33,027 nucleotides of DNA from an uncultured Fibrobacterales bacterium (GCA_963934255.1 CAWVXU010000021.1:1-33027), one strand, 5' to 3'; positions 1 to 11,656 are shown, counted from the stretch's first letter. The notes: generated by a model not told the origin, from the letters alone. A program made the numbers and translations.

Positions 1-128
1 CTGGTGACAACGTAAGCATCACTGCTGAGTTGATCACTGAAGTTGCAATGGACAAGGATCTACGTTTTGCCATCCGTGAGGGTGGTCGTACTGTAGGTGC
101 TGGTGTTGTTACAGAAATCGTAGAATAA
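1..128 (+). CDS. tuf: Elongation factor Tu, C-terminal fragment (cut by window edge)
   Basis: The frame from nt 3 reads [41 protein letters not shown], with the [14 protein letters not shown] signature. Stop TAA at 126-128. Not in the ORF track. Confidence 0.98.
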   Translation, partial: GDNVSITAELITEVAMDKDLRFAIREGGRTVGAGVVTEIVE

Positions 129-153
129 TTAATAATTAACTAAGGAGTCCCTT

Positions 154-324
154 GTGGCTAAAAAGTCTAAAGGGAATCGTATCTACATTGAATTAGAATC
201 TACAGAAGGTTCTGGTCATCGTTACAATACTGTGAAGAATAAGAAAAACAATCCTTCACGTATTGAAATGAGAAAATACGATCCACTATTGAAAAAACAT
301 GTTCTTTATAAAGAAACTAAGTAA
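154..324 (+). CDS. rpmG: 50S ribosomal protein L33, 56 aa, cysteine-free (Zn-independent) type
   Basis: AAGGAG RBS and GTG start. Translation is [56 protein letters not shown]. It sits in the usual tuf-rpmG-trnW-secE position. Not in the ORF track. Confidence 0.96.
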   Translation: MAKKSKGNRIYIELESTEGSGHRYNTVKNKKNNPSRIEMRKYDPLLKKHVLYKETK

Positions 325-345
325 TTAGAATCTTTTGAATAACAC

Positions 346-418
346 ACGGGCTTAGCTCAATTGGTAGAGCAGTAGTCTCCAAAACTGAAGGTTGGGGGTT
401 CAAGTCCCTCAGCCCGTG
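346..418 (+). tRNA. trnW: tRNA-Trp (anticodon CCA); 3' CCA not encoded
   Basis: Acceptor stem ACGGGCT/AGCCCGT, D-stem GCTC/GAGC, anticodon loop CTCCAAA (CCA at 379-381), T-loop TTCAAGT. Discriminator G418 is followed by CTA. Conserved position before secE. Confidence 0.97.
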
Positions 419-433
419 CTAAAAGAGAAAAAA

Positions 434-616
434 ATGAAACAATTTCAGATATATGTCAAAGAATGCTTCGCTGAGCTAGGCAAAGTAACATGGCCCACAA
501 AAGAAGAACTGAAAGGTTCTACTATTGTGGTTATTGTATTTTCTATTATTGCGTCAATATTTATATGGGCAACTGACTTTGCTCTGTCTGAAATATTCAC
601 AAGGGTGTTAGGGTAA
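434..616 (+). CDS. secE: Preprotein translocase subunit SecE (60 aa, single TM helix)
   Basis: ELGKVTWPTKEEL motif followed by a TM helix. Start moved to ATG 434 because the ORF-track start at 392 lies inside the tRNA. Confidence 0.96.
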   Translation: MKQFQIYVKECFAELGKVTWPTKEELKGSTIVVIVFSIIASIFIWATDFALSEIFTRVLG

Positions 617-621
617 TCTAT

Positions 622-1152
622 ATGAAATGGTATGTAGTCCACACCTATTCAGGTCAAGAACTAAGTGTACAGCAACACACTGAAATGATGATCGAACGTG
701 AAAATGTTCAAAGCTTTTTTGGCGAGGTACGTGTACCTCAACAAGAAGTAACTTCTGTCACTCGGGGGAAAAAGGTATCTCGCTCCCGTAAGTTATATCC
801 GTCTTATATTTTGATAGAGATGGAAATGACAAGAGATACCATGCACTTAATTACTGAGATTCCAGGTGTTACCCACTTTGTTGGTGTTGACAACAAGCCT
901 CAAGCTCTGCGTCGTGCAGAGGTTGAACGTTTAACTGGATCTCAAGATGAAGAAGAAAATGTACCTAGTCAACTCGACGAAATCCCCTTCACAATTGGGG
1001 AAGCTGTGCGAATTAAAGCAGGTCCATTTAAAGATTTTGACGGCGTGATTGATGAAATCAATGCTGAAAAAGGAAAACTCAAAGTAATGGTAAGTGTCTT
1101 TGGGAGATCCACGCCGGTTGAATTAGATTTCAATCAGGTTGAGGGATTGTAA
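622..1152 (+). CDS. nusG: Transcription termination/antitermination factor NusG
   Basis: WYVVHTYSGQE N-terminus, KOW motif (VRIKAGPFKDFDG), VSVFGRSTPVELDF C-terminus. Confidence 0.98.
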   Translation: MKWYVVHTYSGQELSVQQHTEMMIERENVQSFFGEVRVPQQEVTSVTRGKKVSRSRKLYPSYILIEMEMTRDTMHLITEIPGVTHFVGVDNKPQALRRAEVERLTGSQDEEENVPSQLDEIPFTIGEAVRIKAGPFKDFDGVIDEINAEKGKLKVMVSVFGRSTPVELDFNQVEGL

Positions 1153-1176
1153 GTACCAATTAATAGGAGACAATAA

Positions 1177-1602
1177 ATGGCTAAAAAAGTAGCTGGTCTA
1201 ATCAAATTACAAATTCCAGCTGGAGCGGCAAATCCGTCACCACCAGTGGGTCCTGCGCTCGGTCAAAAAGGCGTTAATATCATGGAATTCTGTAAAGCGT
1301 TTAATGCACGTACTCAGGACCAAAAGGGAATGATTATCCCTGTTGTTATTACTGTATATGCAGATCGCTCGTTTACTTTTATCACAAAAACACCTCCTGC
1401 TCCAGGTTTGCTATTGCAAAAAGCTGGTATCAAAAAAGGATCGGGCACACCTAACTTAGAAAAAGTTGGAACTGTGACTGAGGCACAAGTTCGCGAAATT
1501 GCTGAACTTAAAATGCCTGACTTGAACACTATCGATATCGATGCTGCATGTTCAATGATTCGTGGTACTGCTATCAGCATGGGCTTGGAAGTGGTGGGTT
1601 AG
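1177..1602 (+). CDS. rplK: 50S ribosomal protein L11
   Basis: [35 protein letters not shown] motif; AGGAG RBS. Confidence 0.99.
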   Translation: MAKKVAGLIKLQIPAGAANPSPPVGPALGQKGVNIMEFCKAFNARTQDQKGMIIPVVITVYADRSFTFITKTPPAPGLLLQKAGIKKGSGTPNLEKVGTVTEAQVREIAELKMPDLNTIDIDAACSMIRGTAISMGLEVVG

Positions 1603-1610
1603 GAGAAGTA

Positions 1611-2300
1611 ATGGCGAATAAAAGTAAAAACTATCGTGAGATAGCAGAACAAATTGTAGTTGGCACGGAGTATTCTCCAGCTGAAGCAATTTCAATGATT
1701 AAAAAATCAAAAATTAAATTTGACCAAACGGTTGAAGTGCACATGAAATTGGGTGTTGACCCTCGTCATGCTGACCAACAAGTACGTGGTAATGTAGTAT
1801 TACCGCATGGTACTGGTAAAGACGTTAAGATTCTAGTGTTCGCCAAAGGTGCACTTGAAGAAAAAGCGAGAGAAGCCGGTGCTGATTATGTTGGTGCAGA
1901 AGAGATGGGTGAAAAGATTCAAGGTGGATGGTTAGATTTCGACGCAGTCGTTGCTACACCAGACATGATGCCTCTTATCGGCCGTTTGGCACGTATCCTT
2001 GGTCCTCGTGGATTGATGCCTTCTCCTAAAGCGGGAACAGTAACACCAAATGTTGCTGAAATCGTTAAAGAGTTGAAAGCTGGTAAAATCTCTTATCGAG
2101 TAGACAAGGGTTCTAACGTTCATGCTCCCATTGGGAAATTGTCCTTTGATGATTCAAAACTTGAAGAAAACTTCAAAGTATTTTTAGAGTCAGTCCTCAA
2201 AGCAAAGCCAGTTGCTGCAAAAGGTACGTACATACGTTCTTTGGTGCTAACTGCGACAATGACTCCTAGTGTGAAACTTGACATGGGTCTTACAAGGTAG
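1611..2300 (+). CDS. rplA: 50S ribosomal protein L1
   Basis: KFDQTVE, LGVDPRHADQQVRG, LPHGTGK and LGPRGLMPSPK motifs. Start set at ATG 1611, after AGGAG at 1601-1605. Confidence 0.98.
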   Translation: MANKSKNYREIAEQIVVGTEYSPAEAISMIKKSKIKFDQTVEVHMKLGVDPRHADQQVRGNVVLPHGTGKDVKILVFAKGALEEKAREAGADYVGAEEMGEKIQGGWLDFDAVVATPDMMPLIGRLARILGPRGLMPSPKAGTVTPNVAEIVKELKAGKISYRVDKGSNVHAPIGKLSFDDSKLEENFKVFLESVLKAKPVAAKGTYIRSLVLTATMTPSVKLDMGLTR

Positions 2301-2307
2301 GTATTAC

Positions 2308-2838
2308 ATGGCATTAACACTAGAACAAAAACAGGTTAAAGTCCAAGCATTGGTTGAGTCAATCAAAGCTTCTGGCGCAATTTACCTAGTTAACTACGCT
2401 GGAATTCCTGTTGTCGAAGACAACGGATTTCGTCAAGTACTTAACACAAAAGGTATTGAATACAAAGCGGTTAAGAATACGCTTCTAAAGCGTGCACTTG
2501 TAGAATGCAATGTCGAAGGTCTCGATGACCAACTTCAAGGTGTTACTTCTATCCTTTTTGGATCAGTAGATTCACCAAATGCACCTGCGAAAGAACTTGT
2601 TGCTCTTTTAAAAGAACACAAAGAAATCGTAACTGTAAAAGCAATTAGTTTAGATGGCACTATTATGGCTGGAACCTCTCTAGAAGATGTTTCTAAAATG
2701 CCTGGTCGTGAAGAACTTATTGCATCTATCGTCTCAATGGCTGTTGGACCTGGATCGAATCTTGCTAGCATTATTGCTGGACCAGGATCAACTATAGCAG
2801 GACAACTTAAAACTCTTGAAGACAAACTTGAAAATTAA
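2308..2838 (+). CDS. rplJ: 50S ribosomal protein L10
   Basis: VKNTLLKRAL and MPGREELIA motifs; lies between rplA and rplL. Start set at ATG 2308. Confidence 0.96.
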   Translation: MALTLEQKQVKVQALVESIKASGAIYLVNYAGIPVVEDNGFRQVLNTKGIEYKAVKNTLLKRALVECNVEGLDDQLQGVTSILFGSVDSPNAPAKELVALLKEHKEIVTVKAISLDGTIMAGTSLEDVSKMPGREELIASIVSMAVGPGSNLASIIAGPGSTIAGQLKTLEDKLEN

Positions 2839-2860
2839 TTAACAAAACGGAGAACGCACA

Positions 2861-3238
2861 ATGGCTGCAGATATTAAAGCAATAGGTGATTCAATTGTAG
2901 AATTGACCCTTCTTGAAGCAAAACAACTTGCTGATTACTTAAAAGACGAACATGGCATCGAAGCTGCCGCAGGCGGAGCTGTCGTAGTTGCTGCTGGTGG
3001 TGCTAGTGCCGAAGCTGCTGAAGAGCAATCAGAATTTGACGTTATCCTTGAGAGCGCTGGTCAGAAAAAAATCAACGTAATCAAAGCTGTACGTGGAGCT
3101 ACTGGACTTGGGCTTAAAGAAGCTAAAGAGCTTGTTGATAGTGCACCAAAGGCTATTAAAGAAGCAATTTCTAAAGAAGATGCAGAAAAGCTACAAAAAG
3201 AGCTTGAAGAAGCTGGCGCTACTGTAACACTTAAGTAA
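2861..3238 (+). CDS. rplL: 50S ribosomal protein L7/L12
   Basis: Ala/Gly hinge, [10 protein letters not shown] and [23 protein letters not shown] motifs. Confidence 0.99.
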   Translation: MAADIKAIGDSIVELTLLEAKQLADYLKDEHGIEAAAGGAVVVAAGGASAEAAEEQSEFDVILESAGQKKINVIKAVRGATGLGLKEAKELVDSAPKAIKEAISKEDAEKLQKELEEAGATVTLK

Positions 3239-3253
3239 TTACTTACTTTCCTT

Positions 3254-3297
3254 AAAAACCCTTAGGCCTGCTTTATGTTGGCTTAAGGGTGTTTTTC
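3254..3297 (+). terminator. Intrinsic terminator/attenuator between rplL and rpoB
   Basis: 11-bp stem ACCCTTAGGCC (3258-3268) / GGCTTAAGGGT (3280-3290, one G-U pair) followed by GTTTTTCT. Same position as the E. coli rplL-rpoB attenuator. Confidence 0.8.
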
Positions 3298-3334
3298 TGT
3301 TTATAACTTTCACGATATTAAGGGCTAGCAAGCA

Positions 3335-6300
3335 ATGGAACAAAGAAGAGATTATTCAAGCAGTCAATTTAAGCTTGAAATTCCAAACCTGTTAGAGGTT
3401 CAACTCAATTCCTTCCGAAAATTTTTACAAGAAGGTGTTATACCTTCTGATAGAAAAAAAGATGGACTTGAGCAAATTTTCAGAGACATTTTCCCTATTA
3501 CAGATATTAAGGGTTTATTCTCTCTAGAATACGAAGGCTACTCCTTCGGTGTTCCAAAATACAGCATTAAAGAATGTCGCGAGCGAGGATTAACTTTTTC
3601 CCGCCCGCTTAAAGCTGTTTTAAGCCTTTATGTTTATGAAGGTGAAGGCGAAGATCGCAAATTTATAGAAAAAATCACGAATGACGTGTTTATCTGCGAC
3701 CTTCCTGTTATGACTGGAACTGGTACTTTCATTATCAATGGTGCTGAACGTGTTGTTGTTTCCCAGCTTCACCGATCACCTGGTGTTAGTTTCGATGAAG
3801 AATTCCATACAACTGGTAAAAGACTTTTTAAATCAAGAATCATCCCTGCTCGCGGTAGCTGGGTAGAATTTCTTGCTGATACAAACGACGCTTTATACAT
3901 TAATATTGACCGTCGTCGTAAAGTTCCAGCTACAATTTTACTAAGAGCATTAGGGTATTCTTTAAATGAAGATATCCTTGGACTTTTCTATGAGAGAGAA
4001 ACTGTTCAATTACATAGTGACACAGCAGAAAATCTTGTAGATCGTGTTTTATTCACTGATTGTATTGACCAGGAAACTGGTGAGGTCATTGCTGAATCGA
4101 ACACTGTTTTAGATCAGCCAATCATCAATAGACTTCTTGATGCGCATGTGGCATCAATTGATGTGATCGAGGGAAATCATACTGATAATCCCATGATGCA
4201 CAATACTATTGCTATTGACCCTACTGAGAGCGAAGATGATGCTCTTACAAGAATTTATTCTCTTATTCGTCCAGGAGATCCACCAAATGCAAATATGGCG
4301 CGTACTTTGTTTGAAAAGCTATTTTTCGACGAAAAACGCTATGACCTTGGTGGCGTAGGACGTTACCGTCTGAATCATCGTCTAGGAATTGACGTTGATC
4401 TTGAGACACTTACTATGACAAGTGAAGACTTTTTAGCCATAATCAAATATATGGTAAAACTCTTCAATGGTGAAGGTGTACTTGATGATATTGACCACTT
4501 AGGCAATCGTCGCGCACGTTCTGTTGGTGAACTTTTAGGTAACCAATTTGCTCTTGGAATGACACGCATGGCACGTGCTATCAAAGAGAGATTGTCACTT
4601 CGTGATAATGAAGAATTAACTCCACAAGATTTGATTAATGCTCGTACAGTTTCTTCTGTAGTTGCAACTTTCTTTGGTTCATCTCAATTATCTCAATTCA
4701 TGGACCAAACAAATCCGTTATCTGAGTTAACTCACAAACGTCGTATGTCAGCGCTTGGACCGGGTGGTCTTACTCGTGAGCGCGCTGGCTTTGAAGTTCG
4801 TGACGTTCACTATACTCATTATGGGCGCTTATGTCCGATTGAAACTCCAGAGGGACCAAATATTGGTTTGATCAACTCACTTGCTACCTATGCAATCGTG
4901 AACCCTTTTGGATTTATTCAAACTCCATATCGTCTAGTTGAAGAGGGTAAAATTACTCAAAAAGTAGTTTACCTGACAGCAGACGAAGAGGATTCTTACC
5001 GTGTTGCTCCTTCATCTACTGAAGTGAACGAAAATGGTGAGTTTACAAATGATTATGTTATTGTACGTGAAAAAGGTGAATACCCTGCAATCCCTAAAGA
5101 TCAAGTTGATCTTATGGATGTATCACCTAAACAGATCGTTTCAGTAGCTGCAGGTCTAATTCCTTTCCTTGAGCATGATGATGCTAACAGGGCTTTGATG
5201 GGGTCAAACATGCAACGCCAGGCAGTTCCACTGCTTCGTTCATCTGCGCCAGTAGTTGGTACAGGAATGGAAGGTCGTGCTGCCCTTGATTCAGGTACTG
5301 TGATTCGTTCTAAATACGCTGGTACAGTCACATTTGTTGATGCAACTTTAGTAACGGTTAAACGTTCTGAAGAAGAAACAAATTCTGAATCATTTATGGA
5401 TTTACCTGAATTTGATACATACGAATGTCGTAAATACGAACGCTCAAATCAAGACACAACCATTAACCAAAAACCAATTGTGCATATTGGTGATTTGGTT
5501 AAGGCTGGTGATGTTCTTGTTGATGGAGCCTCTACTGAGATGGGTGAACTTGCTCTTGGTAAAAACATTCTTATTGGTTTCGTACCCTGGAATGGTTATA
5601 ACTTTGAAGATGCTATCATCGTTTCTGAAGAACTTCGTAAGGATGATACATTCACTTCAATTCATATTGAAGAGTTTGACCTTGAAGTACGTGATACCAA
5701 GCGTGGACCGGAAGAATTAACTCGTGAGATTCCAAATGTCTCTGAAGAGTCACTTCGTAACCTTGATGATCAAGGTTTGATTCGTGTTGGGGCTGAAGTT
5801 GGTCCAGGTGACATTCTTGTGGGTAAAATCACTCCAAAAGGTGAAACTGAACTTTCTCCAGAGGAGCGTCTACTTCGTGCAATCTTCGGTGAAAAAGCTG
5901 GTGATGTTCGTGACAGTTCTTTGAAGGCACCTCCAGGAATGAAAGGTGTAGTTGTTGAAACTCGTGTTTTCTCTAGAAAACAAAAAGACAAAAAAACTAA
6001 GGAAGAAGACAAAGTTAAAATTGAAGAAGTTCGTCAAGAATTTGGTACTCAGATTAAAGATATCAACATTGCTCGCGACAATAAATTAGCTGAGCTATTA
6101 ATTGGTGAAACTTCTGGTGAAATTCGTGATGGTGCAACTAATGAGGTACTTGTACCTGCTGGTCGCAAAATTTCTGACAAAACACTAAAGAAAATTAATT
6201 TCATGGATCTTGCCATGGATTCTGTATTCTCGAAAGAGGATGACATTAACGACCAAGTAATTAAAATCGTTAACGAATCTAATTCAATGATTTCAGATCT

Positions 6301-7093
6301 TGAAGCTACAATTGACAAAGAAATTGATAAAGTAGTTCGCGGTGACGAATTGAAGCCTGGCGTTCTTAAGCTTGTTAAAGTTTATATAGCTAAAAAACGT
6401 CGCCTAAATGTAGGTGATAAAATGGCCGGCCGTCATGGTAACAAAGGTGTTATCGCTAAGATTGTTCCTGTAGAAGATATGCCTTTTACAGAAGATGGAC
6501 GTCCTCTTCAGATCATGCTTAACCCACTTGGTGTACCTTCGCGTATGAATGTGGGACAAGTACTTGAAGTTCACTTAGGTTGGGCAGCTAAAGCTCTTGG
6601 TATTAAAGTTTCTACTCCAGTGTTTGATGGTGCATCTTATGATGACGTTGTTGCTGCTCTAGAAGAAGCCGGCCTTCCAAAATCTGGTAAAACTAAGCTA
6701 ATCGATGGTCAAACTGGTGAGTTCTTTGATACACCTGTAACAGTTGGTTATATGTATATGTTGAAACTTGGTCACCTAGTTGATGATAAACTTCATGCTC
6801 GTTCAATCGGTCCATATTCACTTGTTACGCAACAGCCTCTTGGTGGTAAGTCACAATTTGGTGGTCAGCGTTTTGGAGAAATGGAGGTTTGGGCACTCGA
6901 AGCATATGGTGCAGCTTATACTTTACAAGAACTTTTGACTGTTAAATCTGATGACGTTATGGGTCGTTCTAAAATCTACGAATCAATTGTTCGTGGTAAG
7001 AACACTCCAAGTCCAGGTATCCCAGAATCATTTAACGTATTGATTAAAGAAATCCAGGCCCTTGGCCTTGATATCAAAATTGGAGACAAATAA
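3335..7093 (+). CDS. rpoB: DNA-directed RNA polymerase subunit beta
   Basis: [45 protein letters not shown] and [19 protein letters not shown] motifs. Confidence 0.99.
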   Translation: MEQRRDYSSSQFKLEIPNLLEVQLNSFRKFLQEGVIPSDRKKDGLEQIFRDIFPITDIKGLFSLEYEGYSFGVPKYSIKECRERGLTFSRPLKAVLSLYVYEGEGEDRKFIEKITNDVFICDLPVMTGTGTFIINGAERVVVSQLHRSPGVSFDEEFHTTGKRLFKSRIIPARGSWVEFLADTNDALYINIDRRRKVPATILLRALGYSLNEDILGLFYERETVQLHSDTAENLVDRVLFTDCIDQETGEVIAESNTVLDQPIINRLLDAHVASIDVIEGNHTDNPMMHNTIAIDPTESEDDALTRIYSLIRPGDPPNANMARTLFEKLFFDEKRYDLGGVGRYRLNHRLGIDVDLETLTMTSEDFLAIIKYMVKLFNGEGVLDDIDHLGNRRARSVGELLGNQFALGMTRMARAIKERLSLRDNEELTPQDLINARTVSSVVATFFGSSQLSQFMDQTNPLSELTHKRRMSALGPGGLTRERAGFEVRDVHYTHYGRLCPIETPEGPNIGLINSLATYAIVNPFGFIQTPYRLVEEGKITQKVVYLTADEEDSYRVAPSSTEVNENGEFTNDYVIVREKGEYPAIPKDQVDLMDVSPKQIVSVAAGLIPFLEHDDANRALMGSNMQRQAVPLLRSSAPVVGTGMEGRAALDSGTVIRSKYAGTVTFVDATLVTVKRSEEETNSESFMDLPEFDTYECRKYERSNQDTTINQKPIVHIGDLVKAGDVLVDGASTEMGELALGKNILIGFVPWNGYNFEDAIIVSEELRKDDTFTSIHIEEFDLEVRDTKRGPEELTREIPNVSEESLRNLDDQGLIRVGAEVGPGDILVGKITPKGETELSPEERLLRAIFGEKAGDVRDSSLKAPPGMKGVVVETRVFSRKQKDKKTKEEDKVKIEEVRQEFGTQIKDINIARDNKLAELLIGETSGEIRDGATNEVLVPAGRKISDKTLKKINFMDLAMDSVFSKEDDINDQVIKIVNESNSMISDLEATIDKEIDKVVRGDELKPGVLKLVKVYIAKKRRLNVGDKMAGRHGNKGVIAKIVPVEDMPFTEDGRPLQIMLNPLGVPSRMNVGQVLEVHLGWAAKALGIKVSTPVFDGASYDDVVAALEEAGLPKSGKTKLIDGQTGEFFDTPVTVGYMYMLKLGHLVDDKLHARSIGPYSLVTQQPLGGKSQFGGQRFGEMEVWALEAYGAAYTLQELLTVKSDDVMGRSKIYESIVRGKNTPSPGIPESFNVLIKEIQALGLDIKIGDK

Positions 7094-7094
7094 T

Positions 7095-10000
7095 ATGATG
7101 GATCCTACTCAAGGTGAAACAATCAGTAACACTGGTGACATTTCTATCCAATTAGCATCTCCTGATGTTATCCGCTCTTGGTCTTTTGGTGAAGTCACCA
7201 AACCTGAGACAATTAATTATCGTTCATTTAAACCTGAAAAGGAAGGTTTATTTTGTGAACGTATTTTTGGACCAGTAAAGAACTGGGAGTGCAACTGTGG
7301 TAAGTACAAGCGCATCCGTTATCGAGGTGTTGTTTGTGACCGTTGTGGTGTTGAAGTGACTCATTCAAAGGTTCGTCGCGAACGCATGGGTCATATTGAA
7401 CTTGCAATACCAATTGTCCATATTTGGTTCTTTAAATCAACTCCATCTATGATTGGTGGACTTCTAGGGAGATCTGTATCTCATCTAGAACGTGTGATTT
7501 ACTATGAGTCATATATTGTACTCGAAGCTGGTGATACTGAACTTAAAGTTGGTGAACTCATCTCTGAAGATGAGTACATGGACCTTGAAGAAGAAGGCCG
7601 CCATTTTGATGCCAAAATGGGTGCACCTGCTATCAAACAACTTCTTGCAAATATTGATATGGAAGAGTTGGCTGAAGATCTTAAATACCGTCTTGTTACA
7701 GAGACGTCTGCGCAGAAAAAAGCAGACGCTCTTAAACGCCTGAAGATTGTTAAACTTTTCTTAAGATCTAATAATCGTCCTGAATGGATGATCATTGACG
7801 TTCTACCAGTAATTCCTCCAGATTTACGCCCTCTTGTTCCACTTGAAGGTGGTCGTTTTGCGACTTCTGATTTGAATGACTTGTATCGTCGTGTAATTAA
7901 CCGTAACAATCGCCTTAAAAAACTAATTGACATCAAAGCTCCTGAAGTTATCCTGCGTAACGAAAAACGTATGCTACAAGAAGCTGTAGATGTTCTTTTT
8001 GATAATGGCCGTCGTACTTCAAGTGTCAAAGGTGATGGACGCCGTCCTCTTAAATCACTTTCTGAATTACTTAAAGGTAAACAAGGTCGTTTCCGTCAGA
8101 ATCTACTGGGTAAACGTGTTGATTATTCTGGACGTTCTGTAATTGTAGTTGGACCCGAACTTCGTATGCACGAGTGTGGTATTCCAAAACAAATGGCATT
8201 AGAATTATACAAACCTTTCATTATTCAAAAACTTGAAGAAGAGGGATTTGTACACACAGTTAAATCTGCTAAGAAATTCGTTGAAAAAGAGCGCCCTGAA
8301 GTTTGGGATATTCTTGAAGAAATCATCGAAGATCACCCTGTTATGCTGAACCGTGCACCAACGCTTCACAGACTTGGTATTCAAGCTTTCTATCCAAAAT
8401 TGATTGAAGGTAAAGCGATTCGTCTACACCCACTCGTTTGTGCGGCATTTAATGCTGACTTTGATGGTGACCAAATGGCAGTCCATTTACCACTTTCTTT
8501 TGAAACTCAGTTAGAGTGTCGTGTCTTGATGATTGCATCAAACAATATTCTACATCCAGCATCTGGTCAACCAATTGCTGTTCCATCTCAAGATATCGTA
8601 CTGGGTCTGTACTACTTAACTAAACCCCGTGTTAATCTGAAGCCTGATGGATCAGAATATTCTAATGCTGACGAATATTTCCAATCTCTTCGCAAATTTG
8701 CGACGACTGAAGAAGTTGAAATGGCTTATAATACAGATAGAGATCAGTCTTATTTTGCTTATGATAATACAGTAGAGAAAAAATACCGACCTTGGGAGCT
8801 TGAAAGTGAGTCTCCACAACTTGCTTACGCTAAAGATATCCTTACACTAAACAAAGCTATTGGTTTCCGTTTGGTTAAAGGGACTGCTGTTTATTCATCT
8901 ACTTTCTTAAGGCCTACTCTTGTGCGTTTTGAAGAAGGTGAAGAAAAAGTTATTGAAGCTGGTGTAAAAGTTGATAAAGTTGTTGTCTTAGAAGACACTC
9001 TTATTGAAACTACTGTTGGGCGTGTGATTCTTAATTCATTTATCCCTCAGTCTCTTGGCTATGTAAATGAAACGTTCTCTAAAAAAGCAATCTCCAAATC
9101 TGTAGATGATCTTTACCGAATTGCTGGTAATAAGACAACTGTAGATTATCTTGATGCTCTTAAAGACAATGGATTTAAGTGGTCAACTAAATCGGGTATT
9201 TCATCTGCTATTTGTGATATGATTATTCCTCCTGAAAAATATTCAATGATTCAGGAAACTCAAGAAAAAGCAGACGCTATTTACGACCTTTATGAAAATG
9301 GTGTTATCACAGATGGTGAACGTTATAACCAAATCGTTGATGCTTGGTCTCATACTACAAATGATATTGCAACTTTACTATTTGATCAACTTTCTGGTGA
9401 TCGTGATGGCTTCAACCCAGTATTTATGATGGCTGACTCTGGTGCGCGTGGTTCACGTGAGCAGATTAAACAGCTTTCAGGTATGCGTGGATTGATGCAG
9501 AAACCTACCAAAAAGTTAGGTGGACAAGAAGTTATCGAAAATCCAATTAAATCTTCATTCCGTGAAGGTCTTAATGTGATGGAGTACTTCGTATCGACTC
9601 ACGGTGCTCGTAAAGGTCTTGCCGATACAGCCCTTAAAACTGCCGATGCGGGTTATCTAACTCGTAGATTAGTAGATGTTGCTCAGGATGTTGTAATTAC
9701 AATGGATGATTGTGGAACTCATCTAGGTAAAACGATGAAAGCTCATAAAGATGGTGACGATGTTATCCAATCTTTAGAAGAAAAAATACTTGGTCGTGTT
9801 GCTGTTGAAGATATTAAACACCCTGTAACTGGTGAAGTTCTTGTTGCTCGTAATGTTCTCATTGACGAAAAAACAGCTGCTATTGTTGAAGATGCTAATC
9901 TTGAAACAGTTCAAGTACGTTCCGTACTCACATGTGAAGCCCGCACTGGCATATGTGCTAAATGTTATGGACGTAACTTAGCATCAGGTCGTCAAGCTGA

Positions 10001-11645
10001 TATTGGTGAAGCAGTTGGTGTTATTGCTGCTCAGTCTATTGGTGAGCCGGGTACTCAGTTGACACTTCGTACTTTCCACGTTGGTGGAGCGTCGTCTCGT
10101 CTTACAATTGAAAACAGTAAAAAAGCTCTAGCTGACTCTAAAGTCACACTAGATGGCATTGACTGTGTTCTTAAAGATGATGGCACGAAAGTTGTTGTAA
10201 CTCGTTCTGGTGAGATATCTCTCTTTGATGATCACGGTATTGTCCGCGGACGTTACCCTGTCCCTTATGGTTCTGAATTAAAGGTAAGTAATGAAGAGCA
10301 AGTCACTGAAGGACAAGTTCTATTTGAGTGGGACCCGTACAACAGTGTTATTGTTTCTTACGCTAAAGGTAAGATTGAATTTGAAGATCTTGTAAAAGAT
10401 CAGACCTTCCACTCGGATTATGATGATTCAACTGGCCTAGAGTCTATTCGTGTTATTGCCGATCGTAAAGGTAAACTTCGTCCTCACATCAGTGTAGTGG
10501 ACGAAAATGGTGAAAAACTTGCTCGTTACGCCGTTCCGGAAGCTGCAGTACTGCAGTATAAAGAAGGTGATACAGTAGGAACTGGATTCGTGCTTGCGAA
10601 GATCCCTCGTGCAGTTGGTAAAACTCGCGATATTACCGGGGGTCTTCCTCGTGTTGCAGAGCTTTTTGAAGCGCGTATCCCTAAATCTCCTTCCATTGTT
10701 TCCCCAGTTAATGGTGTTGTACAATACGGTGGTATCGAGAGAGGTCAACAAAGGGTTTTCGTTTTTGACGAACTTGAGTTGCGTCAGTTGGACGAACTCG
10801 GAAACCGCAGTGATTTCGGTGAAATACCTGATTCGCTTAAAGTGACCCGAAGCGGTGTTATTTGGATGTTGAACAATAACGCTGACGCAGTAGCAGAAGC
10901 TACCGCAAATAGTGATGATACAGAAGAACTTAAACCAAAAAAACGCGTTACGAAATCTAAGGCAACTGTCAAAGAGCCTCGTACTTGTGACTTTGTGTTT
11001 AAAGACTCTGGAACTGAACTTATTCCTCGCGGAAAACACATGGCAGTACATGATGGTGATCGTGTTAAAGCAGGTGAGAAACTTTGTGAAGGTTCTGTGA
11101 ACCCTCATGACATCTTACGTGTGTCAGGTGTTGAAGCTCTTCATGAATATATAGTAAATGAAATTCAGTCGGTTTATCGTCTACAAGGTGTAACGATCTC
11201 GGATAAACACATTGAGTGTATAGTCCGCCAGATGATGCGCAAAGTTGTTATCACCGAAGGTGGTGATACAGAGCTTCTTGAACACGAAGAAATCTCTCGT
11301 GCGCAACTAAGAAAAGAAAATGAAGCAATCCAAGAAACATCCGGTCGCGCTGCAAAGTATCGTCCACTTTTACTTGGAATTACTAAATCTTCACTTGGCA
11401 CAGATTCATTTATCTCTGCCGCGTCCTTCCAAGAAACTACAAAAATATTGACTCGTGCTGCTGTTGAAGGCAAACATGATGCTCTTGTGGGCTTGAAAGA
11501 AAATGTGATTATGGGACGTCTAATACCTTCTGGTACTGGGTCTCCTGCTTATCGCAATATGACAGTGAAAGATTTAGATGCCGAAACAAGCTTAGTCGAC
11601 ACTAACGAAGAAGATGAATTACTCGAGCCCGTTTTAGATTTCTAA
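7095..11645 (+). CDS. rpoC: DNA-directed RNA polymerase subunit beta' (with lineage-specific insertions)
   Basis: N-terminal Zn finger, catalytic [20 protein letters not shown] and SAASFQETT motifs. Start is ATG 7095 (or 7098) after GGAG at 7082-7085. Confidence 0.99.
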   Translation: MMDPTQGETISNTGDISIQLASPDVIRSWSFGEVTKPETINYRSFKPEKEGLFCERIFGPVKNWECNCGKYKRIRYRGVVCDRCGVEVTHSKVRRERMGHIELAIPIVHIWFFKSTPSMIGGLLGRSVSHLERVIYYESYIVLEAGDTELKVGELISEDEYMDLEEEGRHFDAKMGAPAIKQLLANIDMEELAEDLKYRLVTETSAQKKADALKRLKIVKLFLRSNNRPEWMIIDVLPVIPPDLRPLVPLEGGRFATSDLNDLYRRVINRNNRLKKLIDIKAPEVILRNEKRMLQEAVDVLFDNGRRTSSVKGDGRRPLKSLSELLKGKQGRFRQNLLGKRVDYSGRSVIVVGPELRMHECGIPKQMALELYKPFIIQKLEEEGFVHTVKSAKKFVEKERPEVWDILEEIIEDHPVMLNRAPTLHRLGIQAFYPKLIEGKAIRLHPLVCAAFNADFDGDQMAVHLPLSFETQLECRVLMIASNNILHPASGQPIAVPSQDIVLGLYYLTKPRVNLKPDGSEYSNADEYFQSLRKFATTEEVEMAYNTDRDQSYFAYDNTVEKKYRPWELESESPQLAYAKDILTLNKAIGFRLVKGTAVYSSTFLRPTLVRFEEGEEKVIEAGVKVDKVVVLEDTLIETTVGRVILNSFIPQSLGYVNETFSKKAISKSVDDLYRIAGNKTTVDYLDALKDNGFKWSTKSGISSAICDMIIPPEKYSMIQETQEKADAIYDLYENGVITDGERYNQIVDAWSHTTNDIATLLFDQLSGDRDGFNPVFMMADSGARGSREQIKQLSGMRGLMQKPTKKLGGQEVIENPIKSSFREGLNVMEYFVSTHGARKGLADTALKTADAGYLTRRLVDVAQDVVITMDDCGTHLGKTMKAHKDGDDVIQSLEEKILGRVAVEDIKHPVTGEVLVARNVLIDEKTAAIVEDANLETVQVRSVLTCEARTGICAKCYGRNLASGRQADIGEAVGVIAAQSIGEPGTQLTLRTFHVGGASSRLTIENSKKALADSKVTLDGIDCVLKDDGTKVVVTRSGEISLFDDHGIVRGRYPVPYGSELKVSNEEQVTEGQVLFEWDPYNSVIVSYAKGKIEFEDLVKDQTFHSDYDDSTGLESIRVIADRKGKLRPHISVVDENGEKLARYAVPEAAVLQYKEGDTVGTGFVLAKIPRAVGKTRDITGGLPRVAELFEARIPKSPSIVSPVNGVVQYGGIERGQQRVFVFDELELRQLDELGNRSDFGEIPDSLKVTRSGVIWMLNNNADAVAEATANSDDTEELKPKKRVTKSKATVKEPRTCDFVFKDSGTELIPRGKHMAVHDGDRVKAGEKLCEGSVNPHDILRVSGVEALHEYIVNEIQSVYRLQGVTISDKHIECIVRQMMRKVVITEGGDTELLEHEEISRAQLRKENEAIQETSGRAAKYRPLLLGITKSSLGTDSFISAASFQETTKILTRAAVEGKHDALVGLKENVIMGRLIPSGTGSPAYRNMTVKDLDAETSLVDTNEEDELLEPVLDF

Positions 11646-11656
11646 AACGGTAGCCC

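Noticed and set aside
392..433. N-terminal extension of SecE in the ORF track
   Set aside because: It lies within and just after tRNA-Trp. The real start is ATG 434. The ORF-track extensions of rplA, rplJ, rpoC and the second helicase were trimmed for similar reasons.
4660..4780. Rifampicin-resistance substitutions in RpoB (and streptomycin-resistance changes in S12)
   Set aside because: Cluster I reads [23 protein letters not shown] with the key Q, D, H and S residues wild type. S12 keeps both key lysines (PKKPNS, RVKD).
8622..11012. Possible inteins explaining the long RpoC
   Set aside because: The insertions lack a Cys/Ser start with His-Asn end, have no LAGLIDADG motifs, and are short. 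The insert between GGASSR and DITGGLPRV is the ordinary SI3 domain.
10437..11108. 223-aa antisense ORF inside rpoC, plus other shadow ORFs such as 7502-8029, 5770-6012 and 2535-2825
   Set aside because: They overlap highly conserved genes entirely and have no recognisable motifs. Long antisense frames are expected from the strong codon bias of highly expressed genes.
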